NCBI GenBank assembly: GCA_963828345.1
Contig: CAWHEZ010000019.1
Location: forward strand, 61,568-125,567
Source of the DNA: an uncultured delta proteobacterium
GTDB taxonomy: Bacteria; Desulfobacterota; Desulfobacteria; Desulfobacterales; SpSt-501
DNA: 64,000 nt
Direction: 5' to 3'
Position numbers and translations under genes: made by a program. The notes beneath the pieces were generated by a model. The model was not told the origin of the DNA and searched no databases. It worked only from the letters and a program-made list of their open reading frames with translations. Below are positions 58,178-64,000 of this stretch, piece by piece (positions within the stretch are counted from its first letter, which is position 1; the number at the start of each line of letters is the position of its first letter).

Positions 58178-58380
58178 GTATGAAAATATGAAATTCTCAT
58201 GTATCCAAAAGGGATTGCGAGGGAAATCGCTCACATGAGGGGGGCAGGGGGGACGTCCATTGGATTATCATTAGACCGCCGATATTCCTGCTGCTGCCTG
58301 CACGGCTTGCCACGAAAAGCTCGATTAGACACCCCGGGAGCGCTGCACCACATCGTCGTGGGAGGCATCGAGCGACGCAA
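58178..58380 (+). repeat. type A RAYT upstream flank + leader + first ~24 codons
   Basis: GTATGAAAATATGAAATTCTCATGTATCCAAAAGGGATTGCGAGGGAAAT..GGGGACGTCCATTGGATTATCATTAGACCGCC..CCACGAAAAGCTCGATTAGAC. Confidence 0.8.
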
Positions 58381-58445
58381 TGTGATTCCGCATGCAATAT
58401 TGACCCGCCTTTAGCCATAATCGGCACCCAAGGCATTGGATTTTG

Positions 58446-58816
58446 GGGACGCCCCTGTTTTTATGTGTTTTGCCCTGCACCATGTCACTTGCCGTGGCAT
58501 CGAGCGTCGCTGGATTTTTTGGGAGGACTCCGACCGCGCCGATTTTCTCAAGAGGCTGGAGACGATCCTGACTGAAACCCAAACCCCCTGCGAGCAGATC
58601 CTGAAGCCTGGCAAACAGCCCGCCCGCGAGTACGCCAGAAGCCTTTTATGCCATTTGGCCATCCGCCGATTAGGCATGACGGCCGTGGCCGTATCGAAAT
58701 TACTTGGAATCAGCCGGTCGGCCGCAACGCGGGCGGTTTATCGGGGCGAGGCCATCACTGCCGCCAATAACCTTACACTGATTGAGCGACATAACGCATA
58801 AAAACAGGGGCGTCCC
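58446..58816 (+). mobile_element. 371-bp non-autonomous RAYT derivative (type B) bounded by perfect 20-bp inverted repeats
   Basis: GGGACGCCCCTGTTTTTATG at 58446-58465 and its exact reverse complement at 58797-58816. The interior encodes ALHHVTCRGIERRWIFWEDSDRADFLKRLETILTETQTPC fused to an HTH tail ...RRLGMTAVAVSKLLGISRSAATRAVYRGE. Confidence 0.75.
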
Positions 58817-59194
58817 GACACTTCCGTCCCGAAAGAATTTTGCTGTCCTCCTTTGCGCTGAAGCGCGGATCGACTTGCCGGAGTCGGCGTGGGCGAACAG
58901 CCTTCCCCACCGCTCTTCCGTACAAATCGAGGAACTGAAGCGCCACTACTTAGGCTGCGCTACGCGGTCCGCCATCGTCCAACGGCTTTGTCCCGGCCTG
59001 GAATTTCCCTGCAAGGCGGATGATGCTATCGCGCTTTGCCTAAAATTCCGGCCATAAGCCCCTGCTGCGACTAAGACCGCTCGTTGGGCAGTGCCTTCCG
59101 GCAAAGTATGGACAAATTATGGGACAAAATATTAGTGGACAATTTTCAACCATTTGATAATATGTATTTAAATTAAATTAATAAGCGGACATTC

Positions 59195-60396
59195 ATGCGG
59201 ACATACGAGCGGACACATTCGTGGATTTCATTCCGGTTCGATCTGGGGAAGGCGCGTCCCGAACTTTGGCTTGGTTTGGGAGAGGCGGCATCGAAGTGCG
59301 AGCATATTTCCCGCGTGCCCCTACGCCCGTCTACTGCTCAGGAACTTCATCGACTCTACCTCGCTAAAGGAGCTGCAGCGACCACTGCCATTGAGGGTAA
59401 TACGCTTTCCGAAGCGGAGGTGCGGCAGGCGGTCGAGGGCAAGCTGACGGTGCCTCCTTCCAAGCAGTACTTGAAGCAGGAGGTGGAAAACATTATCGCC
59501 GCCTGCAATCTGATCGGGAATCAGATTGCCGATGGAACGCTGCCGGCGTTAACTCGGGATTTGGTGTGCGCCTATAACCGGACAGGTGTTGGATTCGCTT
59601 CCATCGAAAGAGGATGCCGTTCCGGGCGAGATCCGTACCTATTCGGTTGTGGTCGGCAATGTGTACCGTGGTGCGCCCGCCGAAGACTGCGGGTATCTGT
59701 TGGATCGGCTTTGCGAGTGGCTGAACGGACCGGATTTCGCACGCGCCGGAAGGAATGGAGGTGGTATATGCCATCGTCAAGGCTGTGGTGGCGCACCTCT
59801 ATTTGGCTTGGATTCATCCGTTCGGCGACGGTAATGGAAGGGCGGCCCGCCTTCTGGAGTTTCATATTCTCCTCTCCGCTGGAGTTCCCTCGCCGGCGGC
59901 GCATCTGCTGAGCAATCACTACAACCAGACGCGGACGGAGTATTATCGGCAGTTGGACTATGCCAGCAAATCGGGCGGCGATATCCTTCAGTTCATAATG
60001 TATGCGGTGCGGGGATTTGTCGACGGCTTGCACGGGCAGCTTGAGTACATATGGGCCCAGCAGTGGGATGTTGTGTGGAGGAACTTTGTTCACGAAAAGT
60101 TCCAAAACAAGAACAGCGTCAGCGAAACCCGCCGGCGACATCTTGTGCTCGATCTGGGCGCAAAGGATGATTGGGTCGAGGCTGGCAAGGTGACCGAACT
60201 GACACCGCGGCTTGCCAAGGCGTATGCAAACAAAACCGCCAAGACGGTGCAACGCGACTTGAATGCTCTGGTTGAAATGGGACTGATTGTTCGCAATGCC
60301 AGAAAGGTCAGGGCCCGTCGCGAGGTCATCCTGGCGTTTCTGCCCTTACGAAAATATCCCCCTGCCCGCGGGAAAAACAGGACGGCCGAAACTTGA
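59195..60396 (+). CDS. Fic/DOC-family protein with a C-terminal wHTH; needs two +1 frame changes (~59580, ~59760)
   Basis: TAIEGNTLSEAEV, PGEIRTYSVVVGN, Fic motif HPFGDGNGRAARL, C-terminal KTVQRDLNALVEMGLI. Confidence 0.75.
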
Positions 60397-60403
60397 TTGA
60401 AAC

Positions 60404-60485
60404 ATGAACTCTCACGCCTACACTGAAGACCAGCTTGTCGAGCAGCCCGCCATCGGGCTCTTTCGCTGTATTGGGCTGGCAGACG
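60404..60485 (+). pseudogene. 5' stub (~25 codons) of a type I restriction enzyme R subunit-like gene
   Basis: MNSHAYTEDQLVEQPAIGLFRCIGL resembles HsdR N-termini (EdqLVEQPAI.LF..lGW). Cut where a type B RAYT leader begins (~60511). Confidence 0.45.
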
Positions 60486-60510
60486 GTGTCGGCACTGGAC
60501 AAACGAGTAG

Positions 60511-60785
60511 TGGACGTCCATTCGGTTTATCATTTGCCAACTAAGTGGAAATATGGGGACGCCCCTGTTTTAGGTGTTTCGCCCGTAAAAAGAGAATGCT
60601 ACTGATTAACCATGCCTCGCAGAGCCCGCATCGACGCCCCGGGTGCCTTGCACCATGTCATTTGCCGTGGCATCGAGCGCCGCAGGATTTTTTGGGAGGA
60701 CTCCGACCGCGACGATTTTCTCAAGAGGCTGGAGACGATCAGACTGAGACCCAAACCCCCTGCTACGCATGGGCGCTGATGCCCA
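60511..60785 (+). pseudogene. type B RAYT leader + 5' gene fragment, frameshifted and truncated
   Basis: GGACGTCCATTCGGTTTATCATTTGCCAACTAAGTGGAAATATGGGGACGCCCCTGTTTT. ATG 60612 MPRRARIDAPGALHHVICRGIERRRIFWEDSDRDDFLKRLETI...TQTPCYAWALMP, then unrelated sequence. Confidence 0.7.
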
Positions 60786-61054
60786 AAGCAATGGGTGGAC
60801 ACCCAATCCAAACCGGGTCCAAAGCACTGATGAACAAGCCGAACAAAGCGCTCTACCCGACAGAGTTAAGACTATGATATACAGAAAGTATCTGCTATGT
60901 TTTTGAATTGTTGGCGATCTTAAATAACATTCGACAGATCGCTAAAGCGCTGAATCGGTGATGTTTTTAATTTTAGGATAAACAAAATGCAAACTCACAA
61001 CGCGACTACGCTACACACGGCGAGTAAAGACTGACAATATGAAAGGAGCGGGCA

Positions 61055-61168
61055 ATGGGAGACAAGGGCGGCAAGAAAAATAAGGACAAGAGCAAGAAAC
61101 AAATTTCTAAGAAACACGAGCAGAAGGACAAAGAAGCGAAGGATAAGCAACCGAAAAAGACCTCATAG
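61055..61168 (+). CDS. 37-aa Lys-rich micro-protein (MGDKGGKKNKDKSKKQISKKHEQKDKEAKDKQPKKTS)
   Basis: AAAGGAG lies 7 nt upstream of ATG 61055. Low-complexity basic peptide. Confidence 0.4.
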   Translation: MGDKGGKKNKDKSKKQISKKHEQKDKEAKDKQPKKTS

Positions 61169-61380
61169 CAGTGTAGGAGGGGAACTTGGGCAGACTGATA
61201 ATATTATCGGTCTTGGCTAACCGGGGGGTGAACTGAATGCGGAGACGTCCGTGAGTTCCTGGATCTGGTCCTTAGCCCGCGCCAGTTACTTTTTTCGTTG
61301 AAATATCAAGGTAAACTCGACTCACCAAAAAGCTGCGTTTGTGAAAGCGTAGCGGCTAAAAATCGAGGGCGGGAAAGCTA

Positions 61381-61480
61381 AAGATACAGACCGGCCGAAG
61401 GGTATATTCACAGATCACCGCCATGCCGGTGATTTCATCCGACGTATATGCATAAGGGCTGATTTTGTGATATTTCGTGT
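61381..61480 (+). repeat. intergenic hairpin module, copy B
   Basis: CCGAAGGGTATATTCACAGATCACCGCCATGCCGGTGATTTCATCCGACGTATAT...TTTTGTGATA. Hairpin ATCACCG-N6-CGGTGAT at 61414-61433, 115 nt upstream of the HD gene start. Confidence 0.8.
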
Positions 61481-61547
61481 ACCGGGTCGTTTTTTTTAAA
61501 GCCCGTGGCAATGGTTCTCCCAATTCTGATTTAGGGGAAACTGACAG

Positions 61548-62108
61548 ATGCTTTCGCGAGATCAATCCATAGGGCTCTTATCTGAGTATGGCAAGGGAGC
61601 CGCTTGGGTCAAGCACTGTCTCGCCGTTGCAGGTTCAGCCTCCAGGCTGGGCTACGTCCTGGACAGTCGGTATCCCATTGACCAACATTATCTGTGGTCG
61701 GCGGCCTTACTTCATGACATCGGGAGGTGCGTCACGCACGATCCGGTTATGCATGGCGTCGAGGGCTACAACCTCCTGTTGAAGCTGGGCCACGAAGAGG
61801 AAGCCTTTGTCTGCGCGTCACACATTCTATTTGGCCTTGAGGCCTCCGAAGCCGTGCAGTTCGGGTTGCCGGCTCAGGATTTTATTCCGCATACCATCGA
61901 AGAGCGACTTATCCCGCTGGTCGATCTGATGATTGAAGGTGTTCAACCGACCACACTTGATCGCCGGTTCTCGTCGCTGCGTAAACGCTATTTTGAAAAC
62001 AGCTTTTTAACGGACAGACTTGATCGTGCCTATCAGACAGCAAGGTCGTTGATGATCCAACTCAGTGAGGAAATCGGAGAGTCCGTCGAAAAAGTCATCA
62101 GGGTCTGA
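61548..62108 (+). CDS. HD-domain (HDIG-like) phosphohydrolase
   Basis: AALLHDIGR (HD motif), HGVEGYNLL, ASHILFG. Confidence 0.75.
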   Translation: MLSRDQSIGLLSEYGKGAAWVKHCLAVAGSASRLGYVLDSRYPIDQHYLWSAALLHDIGRCVTHDPVMHGVEGYNLLLKLGHEEEAFVCASHILFGLEASEAVQFGLPAQDFIPHTIEERLIPLVDLMIEGVQPTTLDRRFSSLRKRYFENSFLTDRLDRAYQTARSLMIQLSEEIGESVEKVIRV

Positions 62109-62130
62109 ACGAAAAATTAAGGCTGGCAAA

Positions 62131-62250
62131 GGTTACAGATATAGATCAACGCTGGGGCCTATTTACAACTGACCGTTGTGCCGGTGCTTACATTCGACAT
62201 ATCTGTACTTTTACGATTTTGGCGATACCATTTAATTTTTTAAGGATAAT
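62131..62250 (+). repeat. intergenic hairpin module, diverged copy C
   Basis: AAAGGTTACAGATAT...TATTTACAACTGACCGTTGTGCCGGTGCTTACATTCGACATATCT...TTTTGGCGATACCAT aligns with copy A at roughly 60%. ACCG-N6-CGGT core retained at 62172-62185. Confidence 0.55.
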
Positions 62251-62252
62251 TA

Positions 62253-62522
62253 ATGGCTAACGGAAAATCTTCAAAACTGTGGACTGTCAATGTAATATCC
62301 TTTATCCTCTTTGTTATTTTGTGCAGTACAGGTTTGATAAATTGGCTTGTATTGCCCAGAGGATATGAGGCTCGTGGTAATTTTTTGGTTTCTTTAAGAC
62401 ATTTTTTTATTGCTATTCATGAATGGGCTGGACTGATATTCATAGTTTTGATCGCAATACATATTGTCTTGCATTGGCCCTATATAAAATCCAATTTAAA
62501 GAAATATGGTATCATGAAATAG
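62253..62522 (+). CDS. DUF4405-like small membrane protein (two conserved His in TM helices)
   Basis: Three hydrophobic segments. AIHEWAGLIFIVLIAIHIVLHW. Confidence 0.5.
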   Translation: MANGKSSKLWTVNVISFILFVILCSTGLINWLVLPRGYEARGNFLVSLRHFFIAIHEWAGLIFIVLIAIHIVLHWPYIKSNLKKYGIMK

Positions 62523-63376
62523 AAATTATTGTTGAGCCTAAGGCAAAAATTATTTAATAGTGATAACGTGGTTGTGATTCATATAACATCCGACAAATCA
62601 CAAAAGCACCAAAGCTGTGATATTCCATCGCTGTGGGGTCTTATATAGAAACCATATATCGTCCCTAACCAGCCACAGCAGATGGCTTAACCTATTAAAA
62701 TGAAATAATTTATTATCCCTTTAACATTGGGATGTTATGCCGCATAAATGCATGCAAGGGGTTTCATAAAGAAACCATCTAATCGTTCGTTAGATGGCCA
62801 GAGCCCGCCCTACCGCAACTCGAAGGAGGCGAGCCATCATGAAGAGAGTCATGACAGGACCATGAGCGAGGAGCTTCGCGCTGCGATCGGTGCGCTACAA
62901 GGCGGCGATGATGCGCATGCGCAGACGGCCTTCGCTGAAATTGCGGACATGGCGCGTCGCGAGCCCGGCGAATGCGCCGCCGAGCTGTCGCGCGCGCTGC
63001 GCGAGGAGCAGGCCGCCGGCGCACTGCGCACGCCGCGCCTATTGACCCTGCTCGGCTTGACGCGCGAGCCGATAACGTAACCAAACCGAATCAAAGCACA
63101 AGCCTAATTGCATCTATTTTCACTCCTCCTGTAACTTAGGGGTGGCATTCGATGCAGCGACAAACACGAGGCTACCTGCTCTCAAGTTTTTTCATAAAAA
63201 GACTGGGGCTTATGATCCGAAATGTCGCAGCAGTCTCTTTTATGATTATTTTGAGCTTTGGGCTCAGAAGGATGATTGTTGGACATTTCCCGTGAGTTTC
63301 CTGAAAGATTATTAGTATGTTCTGACAGCCAAAGCCGGCATGATATTGAAACCGGGTTCAACTCTGGACTTGGTGT

Positions 63377-64000
63377 ATGGTTCCCAATATCTTAATCACA
63401 GATCAGACCCGTTGCTATGATCCGCTCGGAACCGTAATCCCATGCAAGGGCAGTGGACAGGATGCAGAGTTTAATGGAGGACGAGCTATTTCGCGGGATC
63501 GTTTTCAGATTAGGGTTGACTTGGTTTTTGACAGGCAAACGGGGCTGACCTGGTGCCGCAGCGCGAATCCGGCAGAATTTCCCTTGGATTGGAAGTCTGC
63601 GCATGATTTTATAAAAGAGATGAACGTTTCGCAAACTTTTGGGCAGAACAAATGGCAGTTGCCGTCTCGCAGCGACCTTTTCTCGTTAATAAGCTACAAC
63701 ACTACCAGCCCAGCGCTGCCTGAAAATCATCCTTTTGAGGACGTATTCCCTGGATACTATTGGACGCGCACGGTATGCAATCGTCTTCCCAACCAAGCGT
63801 GGTACATTCACTTAGGCGGTGGGCGTGTATACCGGGGAATGAAAGCTGGATCCTATATGGTATGGCCGGTACTTTCGCCCAATGAGGAAACTCGAGCCGA
63901 GAAAAAGATTCCCGCCTGGGAAATCCGGGGGAATACGATGCTGGACACATGCACAGGATTAATGTGGCTATTTTCAGATATTTTTGAACAATCGGTAACT
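63377..64000 (+). CDS. DUF1566 (Lcl C-terminal domain) protein, 3'-partial at the window end
   Basis: Not in the ORF track because there is no stop in the window. MVPNILITDQTRCYDP..., DRQTGLTWCR, KWQLPSRSDLFSLI, YYWTRT, and a second DTCTGLMW repeat starting. Confidence 0.7.
   Translation, partial: MVPNILITDQTRCYDPLGTVIPCKGSGQDAEFNGGRAISRDRFQIRVDLVFDRQTGLTWCRSANPAEFPLDWKSAHDFIKEMNVSQTFGQNKWQLPSRSDLFSLISYNTTSPALPENHPFEDVFPGYYWTRTVCNRLPNQAWYIHLGGGRVYRGMKAGSYMVWPVLSPNEETRAEKKIPAWEIRGNTMLDTCTGLMWLFSDIFEQSVT

Noticed and set aside
62748-63080. 110-aa ORF in a GC-rich patch (MSEELRAAIGALQGGDD...)
   Set aside because: It is an isolated ~220-bp high-GC island inside low-GC DNA with no RBS or family signal. 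It is more likely a stranded fragment of a larger gene than a functional CDS.

Overview
This is a GC-rich bacterial chromosomal window (long stretches look above 60% GC) broken up by lower-GC patches. The gene content (sigma-54 regulator, TTT transporters, nitroreductase, Fe-S and radical-SAM proteins, RAYT-like repeats) suggests an anaerobic Desulfobacterota-like organism. That assignment is inference only. All family calls come from motifs read by eye, and no searches were run.

Layout:
- 1-3600: a decayed mosaic containing a phosphotriesterase-like fragment, a small-ORF repeat module and an integrase pseudogene.
- 3.6-14.3 kb: a signalling cluster (HTH/Cys-rich protein, CheW, GGDEF, HDOD, MBL-fold, REC, sigma-54 activator), then rfbD, an ExeA-like ATPase and a 4Fe-4S protein.
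- 15.1-17.9 kb: a lower-GC insert with a 5'-truncated B12/radical-SAM gene, duplicated leader repeats and a PIN-like gene.
- 17.9-22.4 kb: housekeeping-like genes.
- 22.96-30.4 kb: tRNA-Arg(CCT), a degraded integrase, HicAB, VapBC, a J-domain protein, an IS3-family element, and a flavocytochrome-b2-like gene cut by that IS.
- 30.9-32.6 kb: an SGNH hydrolase with PKD-like repeats.
- 33.0-50.6 kb: a LysR-controlled, operon-like catabolic/transport island.
- 50.6-64 kb: a scrapyard of RAYT/REP-like fragments, an IS21 fragment, a 445-bp segmental duplication, a DUF4410/DUF4239/porin trio, a Fic gene, an hsdR stub, and HD, DUF4405 and DUF1566 genes.

No rRNA gene or CRISPR array was seen.

The most interesting unexplained signals are:
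- a conserved 51-53 aa membrane micro-ORF module, present twice in inverted orientation, each time at a gene break point;
- a dispersed intergenic module with a covarying hairpin;
- the catabolic island itself.

About 13 genes need frame corrections. Every pseudogene call is therefore conditional on sequence accuracy.
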